Part shown: piece by piece, positions 47,998 through 56,618 of the stretch | Numbering within the stretch: the stretch's first letter is position 1 | Layout: each line of letters opens with the position of its first letter | Source: Spirochaetota bacterium | Lineage (GTDB): Bacteria > Spirochaetota > UBA4802 > UBA5550 | DNA: 64,000 nucleotides | Direction of reading: 5' to 3' | NCBI GenBank assembly: GCA_035403545.1 | Contig: DAONFJ010000001.1 | Coordinates: forward strand, 7,013-71,012 | Made by a program: the position numbers and the translations under genes | Notes under the pieces: generated by a model | Database searches by the model: none | What the model was told of the DNA's origin: nothing | Seen by the model: the letters and a program-made list of their open reading frames with translations, nothing else

Positions 47998-48738
47998 ATG
48001 AAAAAGTTTTTTTTATTATCAGTGATTTTGTTTTTTTCAGTTGAAATGCTGTTCGCACAGTCAGGGAGAGAAATCATAGAAAGAAGTGACGCTCTGCCTG
48101 AAGCAGATTCAGGGCGGTCAAAAATTACGATGAAGATTACTAAAGAGGGAAGAGTCAGCGATAAGGAATTTGTATTGTCGATGAAAAAAATCGGGAAGGA
48201 TGAAGAGAGAATTCTCATAGAGTTTATAAAACCGACAGAGATAAAACTTCTTACCCATACTCATAACAACAGGGAGGATGACCAGTGGCTTCAGCTTTCA
48301 TCAGGAAAAGTGAAACGCATCGCGTCATCAGATAAAGACAAACCTTTTGTTAACTCACATTTTTTCTATGAAGATATGGAGTCGAGAGATATTGATGATT
48401 ATGATTACAAATATATAGGGGATAAAAAAGCCGCGGGTGAAGACTGTTATGCGGTGGAAGCGGTTAAGAAAAACAATGCAAGTAAAGTTTATGATAAAAG
48501 TATTCTTTATGTCAGAAAGTCGGATTACTTTGTATTGAGAGTTGATTTCTTCCGCAACGGGAAATTTTTTAAATATCTCGAAAACCATAATATTAAAATG
48601 GTTAACGGCATCCTCACACCGTTTAAAGTTGTAATGATGCAGAGTGATGAAGCCGGCGGGACGATTCTGAATGTGCAGGAAGTGAAATATAATATTCCGC
48701 TCCAGCAGTCTATATTTAATAAAGAATCTTTAAGATAG
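47998..48738 (+). CDS. periplasmic LolA-like / outer-membrane lipoprotein-sorting-like protein
   Basis: Signal peptide LLSVILFFSVEMLFAQ; about 240 aa with predicted beta-rich fold. It sits in the conserved position after an MMPL transporter. Confidence 0.55.
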   Translation: MKKFFLLSVILFFSVEMLFAQSGREIIERSDALPEADSGRSKITMKITKEGRVSDKEFVLSMKKIGKDEERILIEFIKPTEIKLLTHTHNNREDDQWLQLSSGKVKRIASSDKDKPFVNSHFFYEDMESRDIDDYDYKYIGDKKAAGEDCYAVEAVKKNNASKVYDKSILYVRKSDYFVLRVDFFRNGKFFKYLENHNIKMVNGILTPFKVVMMQSDEAGGTILNVQEVKYNIPLQQSIFNKESLR

Positions 48739-48799
48739 TTTTATTTCTATGGTGGTTCTTAAACGGAGCCGCCGTAATCCTTTACCAGGGGAGATTATT

Positions 48800-50374
48800 A
48801 TGAATGGAAATTTTAAAAAAATAACAGTAATAATGTCGCTTATCATTTTCTCTCCGTCAATTTTTTGTGTATTAACCGGCGGACTTAAACATTCATGTAA
48901 TGAATCTTTGATCTATTTATACGCGGCTGACAAAAAAGATTTAATGATCAAAGAGGATAATGCTGAGGCAGCTGGTGATGAAAACAACCTGGAAAAGGAT
49001 AGCATCGGGGAAGGGGCCGGTTCCTTTAATTTTTCTGCGGATGGTTTTGCCGAATTAGAAAATTATTATTCTTCGGACAAAAACAAAACAAAAAAAGAAA
49101 GAAATCTGAAAAATGAATTGAGAGTTAATCTTGAATTCAAAGCGGGAAGTGAAAATTTATTCCTCTACTCAAAAACAAATCTTTATTATACTCCGCAGTT
49201 TGGAGATAAAGAACCGGGTGAAAGATATTATTACAGAAATGGTTTTGATGTATCCGACAACCTCACTATCTCTGATAAAAATTATGAAATAGAACCTAAT
49301 GAGCTATATCTCAATTACAGCAATTCTCTTTTCCGTTTAAGAGCAGGGAACCAGGTGTATTTATGGGGAACCGCCGATGTATATAATCCCACATCGTATT
49401 TTAATCCGCTGGATTTGAGAGAGTATGTTTTTGCTGATGAAGATGAATTAAAACTTGCTGTCCCTTCAGGATCATTGATGTTCTTTCTGGGATTCGCTAC
49501 CGTTGAAATGGTTTTTGTTCCTGTACATATTCCGGCAGAGATTCCTGCTGATGGAAACTACTGGCAGATTAAATCTGAGTCTGCACTTATGACTCTCAAT
49601 GTGCAGGAAAACAAAGGGCTGGATAAAGATATTTCAAATGCCGCATACGGAATAAGATCATCTTTCAGCCCCGGCGGAGTTGATTTCTCATTGAGCTATT
49701 ATCACGGGCCGGACCGTAACCCGGTGTTTGTTCCTCAATATATAGATATCTATAACAGTCCTGCTTCGCTGGAAGTTCAACCTGAATATTTTATTGTAAA
49801 TATGTTCGGTTTCGATCTTTCAACCCAGATATCAGACTTCGTTATTCAGTGCGAAGCTGTCTATTCTCCCGATAAAACATGGCTGGTTGAAAGAGACTTT
49901 AGCGAGTTTATGATGACTAATTTATACAGCGGCAGGTCAGGCTTTGAAACGGAAAAATCCCATTATGTTCATTACGCAGCGGGTTTTAATTATTATATAC
50001 CTGTAAATAAATTCATTAAAGATTACGACGGAGAGAGTATAATAACAGTAGAATGGCAGCAGCCCTGGTATGCGGATAAAGACCTGATGGCTCCGTTTCT
50101 TACAAAAATTTTTCTGTTAAGGTTTGAAGAGATCTGTTTTGACAGCAGGCTTAAACTTTCAGCGTCATACCTTGCAGAGATGAATAAAAATGCGTATGTA
50201 ATTAAACCGGAAATAAAGTACGATTTCCAGAACGGGCTCAGTTTAAAAGCATCTTATGTTTATATAAACGCAGAATCTGATTCGGAATCTGTTCTGCCGG
50301 GTGAAGATACTTCTGTGATATATTTTCTGCGGGATAAGGACATGGCTTCATTAAGCGTCAGGTACGATTTTTGA
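48800..50374 (+). CDS. outer-membrane beta-barrel-type hypothetical protein (DUF1302-like position in the MMPL module)
   Basis: Signal peptide after the ATG at 48800 (AGGGGAG 6 nt upstream); C-terminal ...SLSVRYDF with a terminal Phe. Confidence 0.5.
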   Translation: MNGNFKKITVIMSLIIFSPSIFCVLTGGLKHSCNESLIYLYAADKKDLMIKEDNAEAAGDENNLEKDSIGEGAGSFNFSADGFAELENYYSSDKNKTKKERNLKNELRVNLEFKAGSENLFLYSKTNLYYTPQFGDKEPGERYYYRNGFDVSDNLTISDKNYEIEPNELYLNYSNSLFRLRAGNQVYLWGTADVYNPTSYFNPLDLREYVFADEDELKLAVPSGSLMFFLGFATVEMVFVPVHIPAEIPADGNYWQIKSESALMTLNVQENKGLDKDISNAAYGIRSSFSPGGVDFSLSYYHGPDRNPVFVPQYIDIYNSPASLEVQPEYFIVNMFGFDLSTQISDFVIQCEAVYSPDKTWLVERDFSEFMMTNLYSGRSGFETEKSHYVHYAAGFNYYIPVNKFIKDYDGESIITVEWQQPWYADKDLMAPFLTKIFLLRFEEICFDSRLKLSASYLAEMNKNAYVIKPEIKYDFQNGLSLKASYVYINAESDSESVLPGEDTSVIYFLRDKDMASLSVRYDF

Positions 50375-50409
50375 CAATGATCAATGAAATTTGCTGAGAA
50401 ATCGTTATC

Positions 50410-51879
50410 TTAAAACTTTAATGTTAAACTGACTCCGAATACCGGATTACCTTTTTCGTCCAGTGTAAATAACGGTTCCGGTATAATATATTCATCAGTG
50501 ACTTCTCCGCTGGAAAGATTTTCTTTTCCCGTGATTGCGTGAATTACCTCTATAGTTTTTGAAAGTGCAAATAACGAACAGAATGCGATACCGTTTCTCC
50601 TGTTTGTACTTCCTCTGGTGTAAGTTCCGGAAACTTCATCATAGTTTTCCGGTGCGGAAAATTCACGCATGGTCATATATAACAACATGTTGTTCAGATG
50701 GAAATAAAAGTAACCCCAGAATCTTTCCCCCTTATAGAAAAGTCCTGCGCCGTTGCTCGTCAGTGATAGCATTGCAGCAGTGGCTGTGCTGCCCAGGAGA
50801 TCATTGTTGCCGGTAAAATATGACGCCTGGTGAAGGTAATCACCGGTATATGCATCTATGAAGAGCGGCATCCCGCCGGCAGCAAGCATATACCAGGCAA
50901 AGTAGTTCATTGCCCTGTCGTCGCGTGTAATGTCCCTGTTCTTTTCCTTTAGTCTTTTTGGTGAGTTGATTAATCCTCTCGCTTCAATATAGAGATAGGG
51001 CGGAGCATTAACCATCCACAACCCTAAACCGGTCCAGTCGTTATTTGCATAGTAGCCGAGGAACGGTGAGGAAAACGGCATCGATGCGCTTGCGACAGGC
51101 ATTACAGCAAGCAGAAAGAGTGTATCATAGAACGATGTTCTCTCAAAAACTATTTCTCTCTTTCTTGCCGTGTAGTACTGATGTATCTCTTTACTTTTAT
51201 CTTTAAAGGGCAGGAGTATAAAACTTTTTCCGGGGATTATTTCACCGCGGACAACTGACAGTTTATTATCAGTTATTTCTGTATCACCGGTTTTCTCTAC
51301 CAGGTTATTTTTGTCTGTTGAGTAAATACTGAATTTCCCGTTAATCTTTAAATCTTCTGAAATGGTAAACGAATCAGCTGTTCCTTTAACTGTTACAGGA
51401 TAAAGAAAAACATTCAGTGTCCTTGAGAGAAACTCGGCAGCATGCTCCTCGGTTATAAGGCTGAACTCCCTTGAACCGATATTTACATCCATGGAGAGTT
51501 TCACTTCGTATCTGGAAATAATCCTTTTGCCGAAAGGAATTGTTATTCCGTAAGAATTAAGTTTTATAACAATAGACTTTTTTTTATCTGTTACTGTTCC
51601 CGATATTATAAGATCGATATCAGCATTTTCAGCAAATTTTAGAACACATTTTTCTTCAGTGCAGTTGAATTTGGTAAGCTCACGATTTATAATCTCCGGC
51701 TGGATTGTGCTGAAATTGTTTTTTTTTAATATTGAAAGGATATGCTGTTCAAGAACCGATGCAATGGCGGATGCTCTTTCGGTGTTGCCTGAAATTCCGG
51801 ACACTCCGGCTATCGGAGATGCATAGATAAATCTGCCTATTGTTAAAATCAGTATTGTCAGTAATATTTTATTTTTCAT
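50410..51879 (-). CDS. secreted hypothetical protein with a CsgG/TolB-N-like N-terminal module and a C-terminal Phe
   Basis: Signal peptide LLTILILTIGRFIYA|SP; N-terminal segment IAGVSGISGNTERASAIASVLEQHILSILKKNNF; ends VSLTLKF. Confidence 0.5.
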   Translation of the reverse strand: MKNKILLTILILTIGRFIYASPIAGVSGISGNTERASAIASVLEQHILSILKKNNFSTIQPEIINRELTKFNCTEEKCVLKFAENADIDLIISGTVTDKKKSIVIKLNSYGITIPFGKRIISRYEVKLSMDVNIGSREFSLITEEHAAEFLSRTLNVFLYPVTVKGTADSFTISEDLKINGKFSIYSTDKNNLVEKTGDTEITDNKLSVVRGEIIPGKSFILLPFKDKSKEIHQYYTARKREIVFERTSFYDTLFLLAVMPVASASMPFSSPFLGYYANNDWTGLGLWMVNAPPYLYIEARGLINSPKRLKEKNRDITRDDRAMNYFAWYMLAAGGMPLFIDAYTGDYLHQASYFTGNNDLLGSTATAAMLSLTSNGAGLFYKGERFWGYFYFHLNNMLLYMTMREFSAPENYDEVSGTYTRGSTNRRNGIAFCSLFALSKTIEVIHAITGKENLSSGEVTDEYIIPEPLFTLDEKGNPVFGVSLTLKF

Positions 51880-52003
51880 TTACCATGTTCTTATTTTTAA
51901 ATAAATTTATATCCGCTTCCGGACGTATATTGCAACTGCTGTTATTGCCGGAGTGTTCTTCAGCAATCAGTTTTAATTTAAGTGATTACAGTTGAAATAT
52001 ATT

Positions 52004-52041
52004 AAAATACAACTTCTCTCTGTTTTAGAGAAGTTGTATTT
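52004..52041 (-). terminator. Rho-independent terminator downstream of lexA (14-bp perfect stem AATACAACTTCTCT / AGAGAAGTTGTATT, 7-nt loop, T-rich tail on the minus strand)
   Basis: Perfect inverted repeat about 65 nt after the lexA stop. Confidence 0.6.
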
Positions 52042-52103
52042 GTATTAGATATGCAATTCTGATTGTTCAGAAAGAGATACGGTCTGTCAAATAAAAAAGA
52101 TAA

Positions 52104-52712
52104 TTACAAGTATCTTCTGAATATAGCGGCGAGTTTGCCCATAATGATAACATCTGTAGTTTCGATTGGTTTGTATGCCGCATTTCTCGGCATCAGTTTA
52201 ATGGAGTTTGAAGTTTTCTGAAAAACTTTCAGGGTCGCTTCATCATCAATAAGGGCTGCGACAATTTCACCGTTATTTGCTGTGTTCTGTTTTTTGATAA
52301 CAGCAATATCTCCGTCAAAAATTCCACCCTCGATCATTGAATCCCCTTTTACTGTAAGGGCAAAATATTCTCCATTGCTGAACATCTCTTCCGGGAATGA
52401 GAGGTAATCTTCTATATTCTCCTCTGCAAGAATCGGAGAACCTGCCGCGATTCTTCCAAGCAGGGGTATACTGATACCGGAACTTTTAATTTCCAGTTCA
52501 TCATCTATAATTACGATTGCGCGTGATTTATTATGTTCGGTTTTAATAAATCCTTTTTTTTCAATGGCTTTCATATGATCATAAGCGCCCTTGACAGTTA
52601 TTCCGAATTTATCACCGATTTCTCTAACGGTAGGAGGAAATCCGGAATCATTAATTGCATTTTTTATAAAATCAAGTATGAGCTGCTGTTTGTCTGTAAG
52701 ATCTTTTGCCAT
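52104..52712 (-). CDS. lexA: SOS repressor LexA
   Basis: Winged-helix N-terminus (LTDKQQLILDFIK...TVREIGDKFGI), Ala-Gly cleavage site (RIAAGSPI), S24 peptidase catalytic Ser-Lys (GDSM...KVFQ). Confidence 0.9.
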   Translation of the reverse strand: MAKDLTDKQQLILDFIKNAINDSGFPPTVREIGDKFGITVKGAYDHMKAIEKKGFIKTEHNKSRAIVIIDDELEIKSSGISIPLLGRIAAGSPILAEENIEDYLSFPEEMFSNGEYFALTVKGDSMIEGGIFDGDIAVIKKQNTANNGEIVAALIDDEATLKVFQKTSNSIKLMPRNAAYKPIETTDVIIMGKLAAIFRRYL

Positions 52713-53063
52713 ATAATACCTTCTTTATTAAAGCTAAACATAATATTAGCATACATTTGTTTTATGTCAAGTGAAAATAGCAGAATTTAAAGATTTCTAT
52801 ATGTAATTATTTAAAAAGATTAAATGATCAGTTCCCGGTGTATTTTTTTCAGTATAATATAGAATTTACGATCAGTTTTAAACTGTTCTCTAATTTCATT
52901 ATTATATTATCGGTAAAGTTTAACGATCCGGATAGGTCCGATCCTTATTAAAAAGAAATAGATTGATTTTATACAGTAAAACTATAGTTTGCTTTAGAAC
53001 GATTGGAAATGAAGTTATGATGATGTTATACTGTATTAAACTCCTTAAAGAAAGAGAGGCTGT

Positions 53064-54911
53064 ATGTATAAACCGGAAAATTTTGATAATAAAGTTATAA
53101 ATATGAAACAATTTACATCCCTTATAAAACCGGGGAATAAAATTTTTCTTACAAGTGGTCCGGCAACACCGGCAATTGCAGCAAAAGAAATATCAACATC
53201 GGAAAATTTCAGGAATTATGATCTTGAGATTATTCAGCTGTTTTCTTCAGACGGATTTTTTACAGATGAGTCATGCGACATCCAGAACTACCGCCTTAAA
53301 ACATTCAGAAGCGGAGAAGCTACAGTCGAAAATGTGTGCAACGGTAAAGAAGATTACATCTCTGCCAATCTTGTGGAGATTCCGTATATTTTTGCCACAA
53401 AAGCGGTGGAGATAGATATAGCTGTAATTACCACTTCCCCTCCTGATAAAAGAGGATTTATGAGCCTCGGGATAGCTATTGATGTTGCCGATACCGTAAT
53501 TAAAAATGCATCGATTGTAATCGCAGAGGTCAATCCTAACATGCCTGTTACTTATGGTGAGACATCAGTTCATGTTGACCAGGTGGACCATGTAATTTTA
53601 AGTAATGAGCCCCTTCAGGAAAGAGAACACAAACAGTATGACAGCATTCAGGATGTAATAGGATGGCATGTGAGCAACATTATTCAGGATGGATCAACTG
53701 TTGTTCTTCATGTGGGAAGACTGTTTGATGCGATAGCTGTTCACCTCATGTCAAAGAGAAATCTCGGGGTAGTAACAAATGTTGTATCTGACTGGGTAAT
53801 TGATCTTGTTGAGTCCGGCGCTGTTTCTGTTGACAGAAAAAGGGAATATGGCGGACAGATATCCACAAGTTACTGCTTTGGTTCAAAAGAGCTTTATGAT
53901 TATGTAGACCATAATCAGCTTTTCGGTTTCTATCCTATTGCGAAGCTTGCCAATCCGCTTACTTTAAAAAATATTGCGAAACTTATATGCATAATGAATG
54001 TGGAGAAGATGGATATAACAGCCTCAAAGGTTCTTGTATATGCAGGTGATGATCTTCTTTCCGGTTATGAGAGCAAGTTTAATTTTGCGGCAGGTACTGC
54101 TTTTTCAGGGAGAGGGAAGGTTATTTTTGCGCTGAAGTCTCTCGGGCAGGATGGAGAGAGCAATATTGTAATATCGCATGAACTCGATAATGAAAGAGTA
54201 AGATCTACTCTTAGTACAGCAAGATACGTAGTAACTGAATATGGTGTTGCTTCACTTTTCGGGAAGTCCAACAGGGAGAAAGCATTATCGCTCATAGAGA
54301 TAGCCCATCCTGATCACAGGGAGATTCTCTTCAACAGGGCGAAGGAGCTTGGTTATCTTTATCCTGATCAGATTTACAGGTCAATAGCGGCGAATTACCC
54401 TATCAAGATTGAAACTGTTAAGACTTTCAAAGACGGGCTGGAGCTTAAGATAAGGCCGATAAGAGCCTCAGATGAAGATATGATGAGGAGGCTGTTCTAC
54501 AAGTTCTCTGATGAGTCGAAGTATTACAGATATTTTACCCATGTTAAAGTTATGCCTCATAAAAATATGCAGAAGTATCTCAGCGTAGATTACGAAAAGA
54601 TCATGGCGATTGTTGCTGTTTTTCAGCAGGGTAATACAGAAAGAATTGTAGCTGAGGCAAGATACGCTGCATTCCCAAGCGGCGAAGCATACGAGATGGC
54701 GTTTGTCGTAGATGAGGAATTTCAGGGTAAAGGGCTTGCCACATTTTTAGCCAACTTCCTTATAAAAATTGCAAAGGAGAGAGGGATTAAAAAGCTCACA
54801 GCATCTGTACTGTCGCAGAATCAGAAGATGCTGTCAGTATTTGAAAAGCTTTCAGTGGCCCCGGAGAAACACTACGATGGAGATACTGTTGAACTTGAAT
54901 TTAATCTGTAG
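53064..54911 (+). CDS. bifunctional acetyl-CoA hydrolase/transferase-family domain fused to a C-terminal GNAT acetyltransferase domain
   Basis: The N-terminal ~450 aa have the 4-hydroxybutyrate-CoA-transferase/Ach1-like pattern (LIKPGNKIFLTSG...; YVVTEYGVASLFGKSNREKALSLIEIAHPDHRE). The C-terminal ~150 aa are GNAT (AFVVDEEFQGKGLATFL). AGAGAGG site upstream. Confidence 0.7.
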   Translation: MYKPENFDNKVINMKQFTSLIKPGNKIFLTSGPATPAIAAKEISTSENFRNYDLEIIQLFSSDGFFTDESCDIQNYRLKTFRSGEATVENVCNGKEDYISANLVEIPYIFATKAVEIDIAVITTSPPDKRGFMSLGIAIDVADTVIKNASIVIAEVNPNMPVTYGETSVHVDQVDHVILSNEPLQEREHKQYDSIQDVIGWHVSNIIQDGSTVVLHVGRLFDAIAVHLMSKRNLGVVTNVVSDWVIDLVESGAVSVDRKREYGGQISTSYCFGSKELYDYVDHNQLFGFYPIAKLANPLTLKNIAKLICIMNVEKMDITASKVLVYAGDDLLSGYESKFNFAAGTAFSGRGKVIFALKSLGQDGESNIVISHELDNERVRSTLSTARYVVTEYGVASLFGKSNREKALSLIEIAHPDHREILFNRAKELGYLYPDQIYRSIAANYPIKIETVKTFKDGLELKIRPIRASDEDMMRRLFYKFSDESKYYRYFTHVKVMPHKNMQKYLSVDYEKIMAIVAVFQQGNTERIVAEARYAAFPSGEAYEMAFVVDEEFQGKGLATFLANFLIKIAKERGIKKLTASVLSQNQKMLSVFEKLSVAPEKHYDGDTVELEFNL

Positions 54912-54913
54912 GA

Positions 54914-55267
54914 TTATACTGCAGATTCATTTTCAATAAGAGAGTCCATCTGCCTAATCGATTTTCTGAGAAGATAAAAAACAAAAATGCCGTTTAACCC
55001 GTCAGGGACCGGGGTAGAGATCCATACTCCGTTTAAACCGAATATCTGCGGAAATATCCATAGCGTCGGAAGAAGGAACAGTACCTGTCTTGTGAGAGTC
55101 ATGACTGTCTGCATTACAAACGGCGCCATGCCGACTCTCTGTCCAATAAATATTCTTCCGATGATATTGTACCGAGCGCCGGTTATTACAGTGATAAATG
55201 CCGGGATATAATAGCTGAGAAGAATTGGCCCTATTTCTTTCCCTGCAAGATCTTTTGTCTGTTTCAT
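54914..55267 (-). pseudogene. internally deleted MATE-family efflux transporter remnant (N-terminal first helix joined to the C-terminal last helices, 117 aa)
   Basis: The start ...LLSYYIPAFITVITGARYNIIGRIFIGQRVG matches the MATE N-terminal motif (LPxxIxxLxQxLYNxVDxxFVGxLG). The end ...FGLNGVWISTPVPDGLNGIFVFYLLRK matches MATE C-termini. About 330 residues in between are missing. Confidence 0.4.
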
Positions 55268-55573
55268 TTATCCGCCTTCAGGTTTCACATTTTTAAAAAG
55301 ACAAGGATTAAAACAATGAACCTTTTATTATAAATAAACAAAAATGTTTTATACTCCGCCGCAGAAGTCGGCCTGGGATAAATTTATATAATCAGGAACA
55401 ATTATTGCTTTATTTTGTTGATTTTTTATTACCAGAAGTACTCTTATGATTGTAACAGATCAGGTTTTATGGTATCTGAATTTAAAGGCTTTTATGAGAA
55501 TTTACCTTTCTAATTAAACTTAAGGATGAAATATATGTTCAGCAATACTCTTGTATACAAGGGGGGATTTATA

Positions 55574-56155
55574 ATGATCCCTATAATTCTGGGATCAGTT
55601 ATTGCCCTTGCAATTGTTATTAATAGGATTAATTATTTTCTCTCTTTAAAAATGGATGTTAATGCGTTCATTGACAGGATACATTCATTTGTAAGAAAAA
55701 ACGAGATAGATCTGGCGGTCAGAGAGTGCGAGGTTGTGAAGCATCCTGTCAGCAAAGTCCTCTGTGCCGGGCTTGAGAATATTCATAAAGACCGTGTCGG
55801 GATTGAACGTGCAATGGAAAGAAAAGGTGCATTAGAGCTGGCGGAGGCGGAGAAGTATATGCTGCTTCTTGTTATTATTATCGGTGTTGAGCCGATGCTC
55901 GGGTTTCTCGGTACAATTATGGGGCTTATACAGTCCTTCATGGCGTGGGAAAGATTAGCCGGTTCGGTTACTGTTGATTTTCTGGCAGCAGGGATTTATC
56001 AGGCAATGATCACTACTGCAGGGGGGCTTATAGTTGCCATACCATATTATGTTATATACCATGTAATGGTAGGAAGAATTAATAATCTGGCAAGAGATCT
56101 TAATCATCAGGGAGAAGAACTTCTTGATTTGATACAGGATACGCGGAAGGTCTGA
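55574..56155 (+). CDS. exbB: MotA/TolQ/ExbB proton-channel family protein
   Basis: Three TM helices with the conserved LGFLGTIMGLIQSF segment. Start chosen at the third ATG because of AAGGGGGGA 6 nt upstream. Confidence 0.8.
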   Translation: MIPIILGSVIALAIVINRINYFLSLKMDVNAFIDRIHSFVRKNEIDLAVRECEVVKHPVSKVLCAGLENIHKDRVGIERAMERKGALELAEAEKYMLLLVIIIGVEPMLGFLGTIMGLIQSFMAWERLAGSVTVDFLAAGIYQAMITTAGGLIVAIPYYVIYHVMVGRINNLARDLNHQGEELLDLIQDTRKV

Positions 56156-56158
56156 TCG

Positions 56159-56599
56159 ATGAAAATAACTCCAAAGACTAAACTTTTTCTTTCTCTCGAA
56201 TCGACAGCCCAGACTGATATTATAATGAATCTTTTTATCTTCTTTTTTATCAGCTTCAGCCTGCTTTATACATTTAATCAGAATAAACAGTCTGACATAA
56301 AGGTTAACCTCCCCAGGGGAACGACTGACATGGATCAGTTTAAGGGGCCTGTGGTTGTAAGTATAACAAAGGACAATGTCATCTTTTTTAATTCAGAAAA
56401 AATTGAATTAAAAAACCTGACATCTAATCTTTCTAAAAATCTTGAAAGAACAATGCAGGATGGACTTGTTATAAGATCTGATAAAGATGCGTCTGTTGAT
56501 ACCCTTGTGAAGGTGCTTGATACTTCAAAAGCCGTGGGGATCAACAAACTCGGTATAGCAATAGAAGTCCCGAAAAATCCGGGGGAGATTCAGCAGTAA
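56159..56599 (+). CDS. exbD: ExbD/TolR family biopolymer transport protein
   Basis: Single N-terminal TM helix (LFIFFFISFSLLY) and a periplasmic ExbD domain; 3-nt gap after exbB. Confidence 0.75.
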   Translation: MKITPKTKLFLSLESTAQTDIIMNLFIFFFISFSLLYTFNQNKQSDIKVNLPRGTTDMDQFKGPVVVSITKDNVIFFNSEKIELKNLTSNLSKNLERTMQDGLVIRSDKDASVDTLVKVLDTSKAVGINKLGIAIEVPKNPGEIQQ

Positions 56600-56618
56600 A
56601 GATAAAAGTAATCTTTAC
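56596..56618. terminator. 8-bp perfect hairpin GTAAAGAT-N7-ATCTTTAC overlapping the stop codons of convergent exbD and the acyltransferase gene
   Basis: The exbD TAA (56597-56599) lies in the left arm and the minus-strand TAA (56615-56617) in the right arm. Confidence 0.4.

Noticed and set aside
52713-53063. Canonical SOS boxes (CTGT-N8-ACAG, GAAC-N4-GTTC, GTTC-N7-GTTC) in the lexA control region.
   Set aside because: None is present. The ATACAGTA/TACTGTAT pair has E. coli-like half-sites but in the wrong relative order and 50 nt apart. It is reported only as a candidate motif, not as a feature.
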